Positions 54,249-63,453 of a stretch of 64,000 nucleotides of DNA are shown one piece after another (position 1 is the first letter of the stretch; every line of letters begins with the position of its first letter). The notes under the pieces are model-generated. The model had not been told where the DNA came from and made no database searches. It worked only from the letters and a program-made list of their open reading frames with translations. This DNA is from Actinomycetota bacterium (GTDB taxonomy: Bacteria > Actinomycetota > UBA4738 > HRBIN12), in assembly GCA_036281075.1 (NCBI GenBank), contig DASUPO010000098.1, forward strand, positions 5,082 through 69,081, read 5' to 3'. A program made the translations under genes and the position numbers.

Positions 54249-55497
54249 CCGGACCGTCGCCCGCCGTGGCCCCACCGCGGCCAGGCATCTCCGGCTCGTG
54301 TCGACCGCCGAGCTGCTCCGCTCCCCGCGGAGCGGCTCGGCGATCGCCCGCAGGAACCTGACGCTCCTCCTCGTGCCCACGGCGGTGCTCACGATCGTCG
54401 GCCTCGTCATGATCCTCTCGGCCGGCTCCATCTCGGCGGTGGAGGGCTACGGAACGAGCTTCTGGTACTTCAACCGTCAGGCCGTGTACGCCCTCGCCGG
54501 CGTGATCGGCCTCGTCCTCACGGCCCGGCTCCCGATCGCGTTCTGGCGCCGAGCGGCGATCCCGCTCCTGCTCCTCCTGGTTCCGCTGATGCTCCTGGCC
54601 CTCCACCCATCGGTCGGATCGTCCCTGTACGGCGCCTCACGGTGGATCGACCTCGGGCCGATCACCCTGCAGCCGGCGGAGTTCGCCAAGCTCCTCACGA
54701 TCTGTTCGGCGGCGGCGATCCTCTCCCGGCCGTGGAAGGACCTCCGCAAGCCACGGGACGCGCTCCTCCCGCTCGCGCCGCTGGTCCTGGCGGTGGCCGG
54801 CGTGATCATGCTGCAACGCGACCTCGGCACCGCGCTGATCGTCTGCGGCAGCGCCTTCCTCCTGCTGTTCGCCGCGGGGGTGCCGTTCCGGACGCTCCTG
54901 TGGACGGGCCTGGCCGGACTCGCCGGCCTCGCGTACTCGATCTTCGGGACCGCGTATCGCCGGACGCGCTTCCTCGAGGCGTGGCTCAACTGGGAGCTCG
55001 ATCCGTCCGGCGCCGGCTGGCAGCTGCGGCAGGGGTTGATCGCGCTCGGGTCGGGAGGCTGGTTCGGCGTCGGGCTCGGGAACAGCCGGCAGAAGTGGGA
55101 CTACCTCCCGAACGCGCACAGCGACTTCGTCTTCGCCGTCCTCGGCGAGGAGCTCGGCCTCGTCGGTGCGTTCGCGGTCCTCAGCCTCTTCGGGGTCCTG
55201 CTCTACGCCGGGATCCGGATCGCGATGAACGCGACGGATCCGTTCGCTCGGCTGCTCGCCGCCGGGATCACCGGATGGCTCGGCCTCCAGACGCTCGTCA
55301 ACCTGGGCGCCGTGACCGGGCTGTTGCCGATCACCGGGGTGCCGTTGCCGTTCGTCTCGTTCGGCGGCACCGCGCTCGTGGTGACGCTCGCCGCCGTCGG
55401 CGTGCTGGCGAGCGTCGCGCTCGAGCCGGTGCGGGCAGGGGAGAGGAGGCGCCCCCTCGGCCGATCCCGGCCGGCCGCGCGGAGGAGCGGGCGGTGA
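54241..55497 (+). CDS. ftsW: SEDS-family peptidoglycan glycosyltransferase FtsW
   Basis: 10-TM SEDS protein with HSDFVFAVLGEELGLVG and the position between murD and murG. Confidence 0.85.
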   Translation: MADRTVARRGPTAARHLRLVSTAELLRSPRSGSAIARRNLTLLLVPTAVLTIVGLVMILSAGSISAVEGYGTSFWYFNRQAVYALAGVIGLVLTARLPIAFWRRAAIPLLLLLVPLMLLALHPSVGSSLYGASRWIDLGPITLQPAEFAKLLTICSAAAILSRPWKDLRKPRDALLPLAPLVLAVAGVIMLQRDLGTALIVCGSAFLLLFAAGVPFRTLLWTGLAGLAGLAYSIFGTAYRRTRFLEAWLNWELDPSGAGWQLRQGLIALGSGGWFGVGLGNSRQKWDYLPNAHSDFVFAVLGEELGLVGAFAVLSLFGVLLYAGIRIAMNATDPFARLLAAGITGWLGLQTLVNLGAVTGLLPITGVPLPFVSFGGTALVVTLAAVGVLASVALEPVRAGERRRPLGRSRPAARRSGR

Positions 55498-56594
55498 GGA
55501 TCGTGATCGCGGGCGGAGGGACGGCCGGCCACGTCTCACCCTCGATCGCGGTGGCGAGCCGGCTCCGCGAGCGCGGCGCCTCGGTGACCTTCGTGGGTTC
55601 GCGGGACGGCCCGGAAGCCGCCGCCGTCCCCGAGGCCGGCTTCCGGTTCCACGGTGTCCCGGCCGCTCCGTTCCGACGCGAGCTGTCGCTCCGGTCGGCG
55701 GCCGCCCCGTTCGTCGCGCTGCGCTCCGTGGCGGCGAGCCGGCCGATCGTCCGCGGCGCCGCGGCCGTGCTGGGCATGGGGGGGTACGCGAGCGTCGCCC
55801 CCGTGCTCGCGGCGCGGATCGCTCACGTCCCGGTGGTGCTGCACGAGCAGAACGCCGTGCCGGGGCTCGCGAACCGGCTCCTCGCGAGGGGCGCGGACGC
55901 GCTGGCTCTCACGTTCCAGGACTCCGCGGCGCGGTTCCCGCGCGCCGTTCGCACCGAGGTCACCGGTCTGCCGCTCCGGCGTGAGATCCTCGCCGTGCCG
56001 ACCCGCCGGTCCGAGCTGGCCGAGGAGGCACGGCGGTTCTTCGACCTGCAACCGGATCGGACGACGGTGCTGATCACGGGCGGGAGCCAAGGGGCCCTGC
56101 ACCTCGACCAGACCGTCGCCGGCGCCCTGCCGATCCTCGGGTCGCGCGCGGACCTCCAGCTCGTGGTCCTCACCGGGCGCGCGCACGAGGCGGTCGTCGC
56201 GGACGCCGTCGACCCGGCCGCGGGCGTGGTCGTGCGCGTCGTGCCGTTCCTCGAACGGATCGAGCTCGCCCTCGCGCTCGCCGACCTCGCGGTGGCCCGC
56301 GCCGGCGCCAGCACGGTCCACGAGCTGGCCGTCTGCGGGGTTCCGTCGATCCTGATCCCGTACCCGCACGCCACCGACCACCATCAGGAGGCGAACGCCC
56401 GCGAGCTGGCCCGCGCCGGCGCAGCCGAGATCTATCGCGATCGTGACCTCGCGCCGGACGGGCTGTCGGGACGGATCGGCAGGCTGGCCGAGGACCCCGA
56501 GCGTCGAGACGGGATGCGCGCCGCGGCGCTCGCGTGGGCGAAGCCCGACGCGGACGAGCGCGTCGCCGCACTGGTCCGGGCGGTCAGTCGTTGA
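55494..56594 (+). CDS. murG: UDP-GlcNAc:undecaprenyl-PP-MurNAc-pentapeptide GlcNAc transferase
   Basis: GTG start overlaps the ftsW stop. IVIAGGGTAGHVSPSIAVA and the C-terminal GT28 domain. Confidence 0.9.
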   Translation: MRIVIAGGGTAGHVSPSIAVASRLRERGASVTFVGSRDGPEAAAVPEAGFRFHGVPAAPFRRELSLRSAAAPFVALRSVAASRPIVRGAAAVLGMGGYASVAPVLAARIAHVPVVLHEQNAVPGLANRLLARGADALALTFQDSAARFPRAVRTEVTGLPLRREILAVPTRRSELAEEARRFFDLQPDRTTVLITGGSQGALHLDQTVAGALPILGSRADLQLVVLTGRAHEAVVADAVDPAAGVVVRVVPFLERIELALALADLAVARAGASTVHELAVCGVPSILIPYPHATDHHQEANARELARAGAAEIYRDRDLAPDGLSGRIGRLAEDPERRDGMRAAALAWAKPDADERVAALVRAVSR

Positions 56595-58021
56595 GCGGCT
56601 ACCGCCCGCCGGCGGGATCGATCCCGACGCTCGACGTTCCGTCCCTGGAGGGGGTGCGCGCCGTGCATCTCGTGGGGATCGGGGGGGCCGGCATGCGGAA
56701 CCTCGCGCGGCTCTTCCTGGCCAGGGGGATCGCGGTGAGCGGCTCGGACCTGAAGGACTCCGAGGGCCTCCGGGAGCTCGCGGCCGCCGGTGCGACGGTC
56801 CGCGTCGGGCACGACGCGTCGGCGTTGGGCGATCCCGACGCGGTCGTGGTCTCCAGCGCGATCGCGTCGGAGAATCCGGAGGTCGCGGCCGCGCGGGATC
56901 GGAGGATCGCCGTCTGGGCCCGCCAGCAGGCGATCGCGGCGTTCGCCCGCGCGCACCGGTCGATCGCGGTGGCCGGTACGACGGGGAAGACGACCACGAC
57001 GTCGATGATCGCCGCCGTGGTGGAGCGGGCCGGCCTGGACCCCACGTACCTGATCGGGGGGGATCTGAACGAGAGCGGCAGCGGCGCGAGGGCCGGCGAG
57101 GGGGATCTGTTCGTGTTCGAGGCCGACGAGAGCGACGGCTCGTTCCTGCTCGCCGACCCCGATGTCGGTGTCGTCACGAACGTGGAGGTCGACCACGTCG
57201 ACTTCTACCCCGGCGGCGAGGAGGAGCTGCGGGCCGCGTTCGCCGAGTTCTGCGACCGGTCCGACCGCCTGGTGGTGTGCACCGACGACGAGGGGGCCCG
57301 GGAGGCGCTCCGCAGGTCCGGGGCCGACGCGATCGCGTACGGGGTGGGGCCCGGGGTCGACGTCCGCCTCGAGGTGCTCTCGGCCGGTCCGGGCGGGGCA
57401 CGGGGCACGCTGACGGCCGACGGGGTCACGACGCCGCTGGCGCTCCGGATCGACGGGGCCCACAACCTGCTGGACGCCGCCGGCGCCGCCGCGGTGGCCG
57501 GTCTCGTCGGCGTGTCCGCGGCCGAGGCGGCCCGCACGCTCGCGACGTTCGGCGGCGTCCGGCGGCGGTTCGAGCATCGCGGGAACGCCCGCGGCGCCGA
57601 CTTTTACGACGACTACGCGCACGTCCCGACCGAGCTCGCGGTGACGCTCGGGGTGGCGCGGTCGCGCGGTCCCCGCCGCGTCGTCGCCGTGTTCCAGCCC
57701 CACCGGTACTCGCGCACGCAGGCCCTGTGGCGGGAGCTCGGCGCGAGCCTCGTGGCCGCCGACGTGATCGTCGTCACCGACGTCTACGGCGCGAACCAGC
57801 TGCCGATCCCGGGCGTCACGGGCCAGCTGGTCGTCGACGGGGTGCGCCTCGCTGCCCCTGACCTGGAGGTCGTGTACACGCCGCACGCGGACGACGCGGT
57901 CGCCTACCTCGACCGTAAGGTCGCGGCGGGCGACCTCGTGATCACGCTCGGGTGCGGCGACATCTGGATGGTGGGGGACGCCGCCCTCGCGCGGATCGGC
58001 GGGGAGGATCGTCGTGGCTGA
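56591..58021 (+). CDS. murC: UDP-N-acetylmuramate--L-alanine ligase
   Basis: The TTG at 56591 overlaps the murG stop (TTGA). The alternative GTG at 56534 would overlap murG by 60 nt. Motifs are HLVGIGGAGM and GTTGKTTTTSM. Confidence 0.85.
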   Translation: MSGYRPPAGSIPTLDVPSLEGVRAVHLVGIGGAGMRNLARLFLARGIAVSGSDLKDSEGLRELAAAGATVRVGHDASALGDPDAVVVSSAIASENPEVAAARDRRIAVWARQQAIAAFARAHRSIAVAGTTGKTTTTSMIAAVVERAGLDPTYLIGGDLNESGSGARAGEGDLFVFEADESDGSFLLADPDVGVVTNVEVDHVDFYPGGEEELRAAFAEFCDRSDRLVVCTDDEGAREALRRSGADAIAYGVGPGVDVRLEVLSAGPGGARGTLTADGVTTPLALRIDGAHNLLDAAGAAAVAGLVGVSAAEAARTLATFGGVRRRFEHRGNARGADFYDDYAHVPTELAVTLGVARSRGPRRVVAVFQPHRYSRTQALWRELGASLVAADVIVVTDVYGANQLPIPGVTGQLVVDGVRLAAPDLEVVYTPHADDAVAYLDRKVAAGDLVITLGCGDIWMVGDAALARIGGEDRRG

Positions 58022-58943
58022 GCTCGCGGATGCCGAACGGTCGCTCCGGGAACGCATCGGGCCGGCTCTCCGCGTCGGCTTCCCCCTCGGGCCGCTCACG
58101 AGCTTCCGGATCGGCGGCCCGGCGGCGCTGTTCGTCGAGGCCGAGGACGACGACGCGCTCCGCGCCGTCGGCGAGGTGGCCGCGGCCACCGGCGTGCCGG
58201 TCGCCGTGATCGGCAAGGGATCGAACGTCCTGATCGCGGACGACGGCTTCCCGGGGATCGTGGTCCGGCTCGGTCGCGGCTTCCGCTGGGCGGCGCGCGA
58301 CGGCGACCGCTTGACGGCCGGCGGGGCGATGGCGCTGCCGGCGTTCGCGGGGATCGCGATGCGTCACCACCTCGGCGGGCTCGAGTTCGGCGTCGCGATC
58401 CCCGCGAGCCTGGGGGGCGCCGTTCGGATGAACGCCGGCGCCCACGACGGCTCGATGTCGGACGTCCTCGAGGCGATCGACGTCTTCGTCCTGCCCGAGG
58501 GCGACCGTCGGCGCGTGACGGCGGCGGACGCCGGTTTCGCCTACCGGCGGTCCGACCTGCCCGTCGACGCCGTGGTCGTGGGCGCGATCGCGCGGCTGCG
58601 CCCGGACGACGAGGACCGGATCCGCCGCCGGATGGAGGAAGCGCGGGAGTGGCGCCGTCGCACGCAGCCGCTCGCGGAGGCGAACTGCGGCTCGGTGTTC
58701 AAGAACCCGGAGGGCGAGCACGCGGCGCGGCTGATCGAGGCCGTGGGCGGCAAGGGCCTCCGGGTGGGCGGCGCGCACGTGTCCGAGAAGCACGCCAACT
58801 TCATCGTCGCCGATTCTGGGGCATCGGCCGCCGATGTGTGGGAGCTGATCGAGCGCGTCCGGGACCTCGTCGCGTCGGCGGCGGGCGTGCGGCTCGAGAC
58901 GGAGGTCCGGCTGATGGGGGCGGTGGCGGATGCGCGCGCCTGA
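58014..58943 (+). CDS. murB: UDP-N-acetylenolpyruvoylglucosamine reductase
   Basis: FAD-binding FRIGGPA...GKGSNVL and the C-terminal catalytic region NCGSVFKNP. Confidence 0.85.
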   Translation: MAELADAERSLRERIGPALRVGFPLGPLTSFRIGGPAALFVEAEDDDALRAVGEVAAATGVPVAVIGKGSNVLIADDGFPGIVVRLGRGFRWAARDGDRLTAGGAMALPAFAGIAMRHHLGGLEFGVAIPASLGGAVRMNAGAHDGSMSDVLEAIDVFVLPEGDRRRVTAADAGFAYRRSDLPVDAVVVGAIARLRPDDEDRIRRRMEEAREWRRRTQPLAEANCGSVFKNPEGEHAARLIEAVGGKGLRVGGAHVSEKHANFIVADSGASAADVWELIERVRDLVASAAGVRLETEVRLMGAVADARA

Positions 58944-59661
58944 GCCCGCCGAGCGACCCCACCGCGGGTGGGCGCTCGCGGGCTTGGCGGCGATCGTGGT
59001 CGCCGGCGCGGCCGTCGCGGCCACGTACACGCCGTTGTTCGCGGCCCGAGACATCCAGGTCCGCGGCGCGGGCGACATCTCCCGCGCGGGGGTCCTCCGG
59101 CTCGCCGGGGTGGAGGAGGGGTCGAACGTGTTCCACCTGGACGCCCGCGCCGTGGAGCGCCGGCTCGAAGGGGACCCTCGGATCCTCGGCGCGACCGTCT
59201 CGACGCAGCTCCCGGACCGCGTGGAGATCGCGCTCGTCCGCAGGCGTCCCGTGGCGGTCGTCGGTTCGCCCGGCGCGCTCGTCGGCGCCGACGGGGTCCT
59301 GATCGGTCCGACGATCGAGGCGACGGATCTCCCCTCGCTGGTCTCGGGTCCCGGACGCCCGGTCGGCGACGACGACCTCGTGACCGGAGCGCGCGCGGCC
59401 GACGCCCTCGGGCCGTCGCTCCGCGGTGCCGTCGACGCGATCGTCGTCATGGAGGATGGCGAGCTCGCCCTCCGGCTCGCGGCAGGCTTCACCGCGACGT
59501 TCGGCCCCGCGACCGAGCTGGAGGCGAAGGCGGGATCGCTCGGGGCCCTCCTGACGTGGATCCAGCAGGAGGACGTGGCCGTGGTCTCGGCCGATCTCAC
59601 CGTTCCCGGGAGCCCCACCGCGACGCTCGACCGTGACCCGCACGCGGTGCCCGTGCCCTGA
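58930..59661 (+). CDS. ftsQ: cell-division protein FtsQ/DivIB
   Basis: Single TM followed by a POTRA-like domain (IQVRGAGDISRAGVLRLAGV). Position before ftsZ. Confidence 0.75.
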   Translation: MRAPEPAERPHRGWALAGLAAIVVAGAAVAATYTPLFAARDIQVRGAGDISRAGVLRLAGVEEGSNVFHLDARAVERRLEGDPRILGATVSTQLPDRVEIALVRRRPVAVVGSPGALVGADGVLIGPTIEATDLPSLVSGPGRPVGDDDLVTGARAADALGPSLRGAVDAIVVMEDGELALRLAAGFTATFGPATELEAKAGSLGALLTWIQQEDVAVVSADLTVPGSPTATLDRDPHAVPVP

Positions 59662-59726
59662 CGAGGCGACCTCCCAGGATCTGTCATGGGAATGCACAAC
59701 CGGGGTTCGAGGACCGACGGGTCTCC

Positions 59727-59755
59727 TTGACGGACCAGTGTCTTCACGGTAGGGT
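59727..59755 (+). promoter_or_regulatory. putative sigma-A-type ftsZ promoter TTGACG-17-TAGGGT in a lower-GC ftsQ–ftsZ spacer
   Basis: Sequence ccTTGACGgaccagtgtcttcacggTAGGGTcg. A second -10-like TAGATAT is 25 nt further downstream. Confidence 0.35.
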
Positions 59756-59885
59756 CGCTACCTCCACATGAGCTAGATATGGTAATAACGCTCAAGTGGA
59801 CCCTTAGGGTTGAGCATCGAGCACGGTGCTCCGCTCGGGGAGGGACGTCTCCAGCACGCGGGCCGGGGCCCGGGAGGGGAAGCGG

Positions 59886-61040
59886 ATGATGGATGCGCCT
59901 CAGAACTACCTCGCCGTGATCAAGGTCGTGGGGATCGGCGGGGGCGGCGTGAACGCCGTGAACCGGATGATCGAGGCAGGCCTCCGGGGCGTGGAGTTCA
60001 CCGCCGTGAACACCGATGCGCAGACCCTGTTGATGTCCGACGCCGAGGTGAAGCTCGACATCGGCCGCGAGACCACCCGGGGCCTGGGGGCAGGTTCGGA
60101 TCCCGACGTCGGTCGGCGCGCAGCGGAGGAGCACGCCGACGAGATCGAGGAGATCCTGAAGGGCGCCGACATGGTGTTCATCACCGCCGGTGAGGGCGGT
60201 GGGACCGGGACGGGTGGCGCGCCGATCGTCGCCGACGTGGCGCGGAACCTCGGCGCGCTCACGATCGGGGTCGTGACGCGGCCCTTCGGCTTCGAGGGTC
60301 GCAAGCGGGCCACGCAGGCGGACCTCGGGATCACGGAGCTGAAGAAGTCCGTCGACACCCTGATCGTGGTGCCGAACGACCGGCTCCTGCAGGTCGCCGA
60401 CGCCAGCATGCCGATGATCGACGCGTTCCGCATGGCGGACCAGGTCCTGTATCAGGGCGTCGACGGCATCACCTCGTTGATCACGACGCCCGGACTCATC
60501 AACCTCGACTTCGCCGACGTGAAGTCGATCATGGCCGGCGCAGGCTCCGCGCTGATGGGGATCGGACTGGCCACCGGGCAGGATCGCGCGACCGAGGCCG
60601 CGAAGGCGGCGATCAGCTCGCCCCTCCTCGAGTCGTCGATCGACGGGGCGAAGGGCGTGCTGCTCTCGATCGCCGGGCCCACCGACCTCACGCTGCACGA
60701 GGTCAACGCCGCCGCCGACGCGATCACCCGGGTCGCCCACCCCGACGCGAACATCATCTTCGGAGCCGTCGTCGACGACGCGCTGGGCGAGGAGGTGCGC
60801 GTGACCGTCGTGGCCGCCGGGTTCGACAAGGTATCCGCAGTGACGGAGGACCGCTTCGAGAACCGGCTCTCGAAGCTCCTCGAGGAGCCCGTGGAGGCCG
60901 AGGGCGAACCCGCGGAGCCGCTCCCGTCGATCCTGGCCGAGGACGACGAGGACCGGGTCTTCTCCGAGGGAGAGCGGTCCTCGTCGCTCACGTTCGACGC
61001 CGAGGAGGACCTGGACATCCCGGACTTCCTGAAGAGCTGA
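59886..61040 (+). CDS. ftsZ: cell-division GTPase FtsZ
   Basis: [13 protein letters not shown], the tubulin signature GGGTGTG and NLDFADVK. The ATG at 59886 follows GGGAGGGGAAG. Confidence 0.95.
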   Translation: MMDAPQNYLAVIKVVGIGGGGVNAVNRMIEAGLRGVEFTAVNTDAQTLLMSDAEVKLDIGRETTRGLGAGSDPDVGRRAAEEHADEIEEILKGADMVFITAGEGGGTGTGGAPIVADVARNLGALTIGVVTRPFGFEGRKRATQADLGITELKKSVDTLIVVPNDRLLQVADASMPMIDAFRMADQVLYQGVDGITSLITTPGLINLDFADVKSIMAGAGSALMGIGLATGQDRATEAAKAAISSPLLESSIDGAKGVLLSIAGPTDLTLHEVNAAADAITRVAHPDANIIFGAVVDDALGEEVRVTVVAAGFDKVSAVTEDRFENRLSKLLEEPVEAEGEPAEPLPSILAEDDEDRVFSEGERSSSLTFDAEEDLDIPDFLKS

Positions 61041-61065
61041 CCGTCCGCCGTGCGCGGCCCCGCGA

Positions 61066-61136
61066 TCCGGGCGGGGAGGTCCGAGCGAGGAGGCGCCCTT
61101 CCCCCGCCTCCTCCCGGAGGACCTCCCCGCCCCTTC
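61066..61136 (+). terminator. long GC-rich imperfect hairpin after ftsZ (possible intrinsic terminator / attenuator, no U-tract)
   Basis: Arms GGGCGGGGAGGTCC...GGACCTCCCCGCCC have an inner GAGGAGGCG/CGCCTCCTC pairing. Confidence 0.35.
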
Positions 61137-61198
61137 CCGTTCCCAGGCGCCACGATCGCCGACCGGTCGCGAGGGTGGGGACGGCCGGGAAGGAGCCG

Positions 61199-61900
61199 AT
61201 GACGGAAGATCGCGACCAGGTGGCGCGGAACGTCGCGGAGATCCGCGACCGGATCGCGCGGGCGGCGGCTCGATCGGGCCGCGGCGCCGACGACGTCACC
61301 CTGGTGGGGGCGACGAAGACCGTGGCCCCCGAGCGGATCCGCTGGGCGGTGGACGCCGGCGTGACCGCGCTGGGTGAGAACTACGCGCAGGAGCTCCGGG
61401 CCAAGCGCGACGAGGTCTCGGGGGCGACGTGGCACTTCATCGGGACGCTCCAGTCCGGGACCGCCCACCTCGTCGCCGATCACGCCGACGTGGTCGAGAC
61501 GCTGGCCGGGGAGCGGGCGGCGCGGCGGCTGGCCGCTCGGGCAGCTCGCGCCGGCCACAGGCTCGATGCCTTGATCGAGGTCGATCTCACGGACGGTCGC
61601 GTCGGCGTCCCACCGGCCGACGTCGACCGCTTCGCCGACCTGATCTCGTCGCTCGCGGGGCTGCGCCTCGTCGGCGTCATGACGATGCCGCCGCTCCCGA
61701 ACGACCCGCAGGAGTCGCGCCCGTACTTCGCACGGCTCCGGGAGCTCCGCGACGCGCTGCGGCAGCAACACCCGGATGTGCTGGAAACGTCGATGGGGAT
61801 GTCGTTGGATTACGAGGTCGCGGTCGAGGAAGGCGCTACGATGGTCCGTGTCGGGACGGCGCTGTTCGGCCCCCGCACGATCAGGGAGGAACCGACATGA
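61199..61900 (+). CDS. yggS: YggS-family PLP-homeostasis protein
   Basis: TLVGATKT (PLP-lysine) and HFIGTLQSGTA. The ATG at 61199 follows GGAAGGAG. Confidence 0.8.
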   Translation: MTEDRDQVARNVAEIRDRIARAAARSGRGADDVTLVGATKTVAPERIRWAVDAGVTALGENYAQELRAKRDEVSGATWHFIGTLQSGTAHLVADHADVVETLAGERAARRLAARAARAGHRLDALIEVDLTDGRVGVPPADVDRFADLISSLAGLRLVGVMTMPPLPNDPQESRPYFARLRELRDALRQQHPDVLETSMGMSLDYEVAVEEGATMVRVGTALFGPRTIREEPT

Positions 61901-62364
61901 GCGGCGTGTGGAAGAAGACCCTGAACTACCTCGGACTCGTGGAGGAGGACGAGGAGTTCGTCGAGGAGCTCCCGGACGTCGAGCCGGCGCCCGTCCGGCG
62001 CATGCGTCCGCAACCCGTGCGGGAGACGTCCGCGGAGGCCGAGGGCGTCGTGCGTACGATCGCCGCGCCCCGCGCGGCGGGCGCGTCGTCCGCGATCCAC
62101 AAGTCCGAGCCCAAGAGGTTCAACGAAGCCAGGGAGGTCGCGGACCGCTTCAAGGACGGCACGGCCGTCATCATGAACCTCCAGGGGACCGAGGACTCCA
62201 CGGCGCGACGGCTCGTCGACTTCGCCTCGGGCCTCGTGTACGGGCTGGACGGCAAGATCGAGCTCGTGGCGAACCGCGTGTATCTGCTCACTCCCGCGGA
62301 CGTCGAGGTCTCCGCCGAGGAACGCGAGCGGATCGCGGGCGGCGGGTTCTACAACCAGTTCTGA
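61897..62364 (+). CDS. sepF: cell-division protein SepF
   Basis: The ATG overlaps the yggS stop (ATGA). MSGVWKKTLNYLGLVE...FKDGTAVIMNLQG...ARRLVDFASGLVYGLDGKIE. Confidence 0.85.
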   Translation: MSGVWKKTLNYLGLVEEDEEFVEELPDVEPAPVRRMRPQPVRETSAEAEGVVRTIAAPRAAGASSAIHKSEPKRFNEAREVADRFKDGTAVIMNLQGTEDSTARRLVDFASGLVYGLDGKIELVANRVYLLTPADVEVSAEERERIAGGGFYNQF

Positions 62365-62436
62365 CCGTCTGACGCGCCCGGGCTCGGCAGCCCTGCGCTG
62401 CTAGCCTTCCGCCCCGATGACCAGGGCGGGAGCGTC

Positions 62437-62694
62437 GTGGACGACCTGATCTGCTTCGTCCTGTTCGCCTTCATGATCATCCTGTTCATTCGGGTGATCG
62501 TGAGCTGGATCCAGTTCGCGGGGTGGCGGCCGCCGGGGTCGGGACCGCTACGGGCCGGGTTCGACCTCGTGGTCGACGTGACGGAGCCGCCGCTGCGCCT
62601 GCTCCGCCGGATCGTGCCGCCCGCCGGCGCGCTCGATCTCTCCGTCCTGGTTGCCTTCGTGGTGCTCGTGGTGTTGCGTACAGTGTTCTGCTGA
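62437..62694 (+). CDS. yggT: YggT-family membrane protein
   Basis: LICFVLFAFMIILFIRVIVSW...DLVVDVTEPPLRLLRRIVPP is typical of YggT. Confidence 0.7.
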   Translation: MDDLICFVLFAFMIILFIRVIVSWIQFAGWRPPGSGPLRAGFDLVVDVTEPPLRLLRRIVPPAGALDLSVLVAFVVLVVLRTVFC

Positions 62695-62739
62695 CCGCCG
62701 GGGGAGGACCGGGAAGCGAGGGGGACCGATGGACATCCG

Positions 62740-63450
62740 ATGGATCGCGAGGCCGACATGAAGCTGTGGAAGAAGGACACGGAGGAGTCGGGCAACGTCG
62801 ACGCCGCCCTGCGCGGGACCGGGGCGCGGATCACCCCGCTCGACGTCCAGGAGAAGAAGTTCCGACGGAGCTCGCGACCGAGCGGCGGCTACGTGATGCG
62901 GGAGGTGGACGAGTTCCTCGACGACGTCACGGACACGCTGTCCGCGTTGATCGCGGACAACGAGCGGCTCCGTCGCGCGGCCGCGGGACCGTCGGCCGAT
63001 CGATCCGCGACGGGCGCCCCGATGACGGGCGAGGGCGACCGCGCCGCGGTGGATGCGTTCCTCCGCCGGGAGAAGGGGTTCCTCGAGGACCTCGGCGGTC
63101 TGGTCCAGGCACACGCCGAGGAGCTGAAGGCCATGGTGCGGTCGGCCCGGGCGGCGAGCGCGCCCGCCGCCACCGAGGACGCCGCGGCGGCCGAACCCGC
63201 CGAACCCGCCCCCACGCCCGCCGCGATCGTGGCGCGGGAGGAGCCGGCGCCCCCCGTCGTCGCCGAGGACGGATCGGGCACGGCGTCTCCCCCCTCTTCG
63301 CAGGAGACGGGCGGCGCCGACGCGACCTCGACCGAGACCGGCGTGATCGCCGAGGAGCCGATCCGGCTCGAGGAGCCCGAGCCGGCGAGATCGGGACGCG
63401 CCGACGAACAGGATCGATCCCTCCGGGAGCTGTTCTGGGGCGAGGACTGA
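62740..63450 (+). CDS. divIVA: DivIVA-domain protein (Wag31-like)
   Basis: ITPLDVQEKKFRRSSRPSGGYVMREVDEFLDDVTDTLSALIADNERLR and a low-complexity Ala/Glu-rich tail. The alternative start is ATG 62758. Confidence 0.8.
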   Translation: MDREADMKLWKKDTEESGNVDAALRGTGARITPLDVQEKKFRRSSRPSGGYVMREVDEFLDDVTDTLSALIADNERLRRAAAGPSADRSATGAPMTGEGDRAAVDAFLRREKGFLEDLGGLVQAHAEELKAMVRSARAASAPAATEDAAAAEPAEPAPTPAAIVAREEPAPPVVAEDGSGTASPPSSQETGGADATSTETGVIAEEPIRLEEPEPARSGRADEQDRSLRELFWGED

Positions 63451-63453
63451 CCG

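Noticed and set aside
59662-59885. Possible tRNA or sRNA in the AT-richer ftsQ–ftsZ spacer (contains GGGGTTCGAGGACC)
   Set aside because: No cloverleaf. The T-loop-like string does not match GGTTCGAATCC and no acceptor-stem pairing was found. It is interpreted as a promoter region.
57942-60740. 932-aa ORF antisense to murB/ftsQ/ftsZ
   Set aside because: Antisense artefact. ftsZ and murB are certain.
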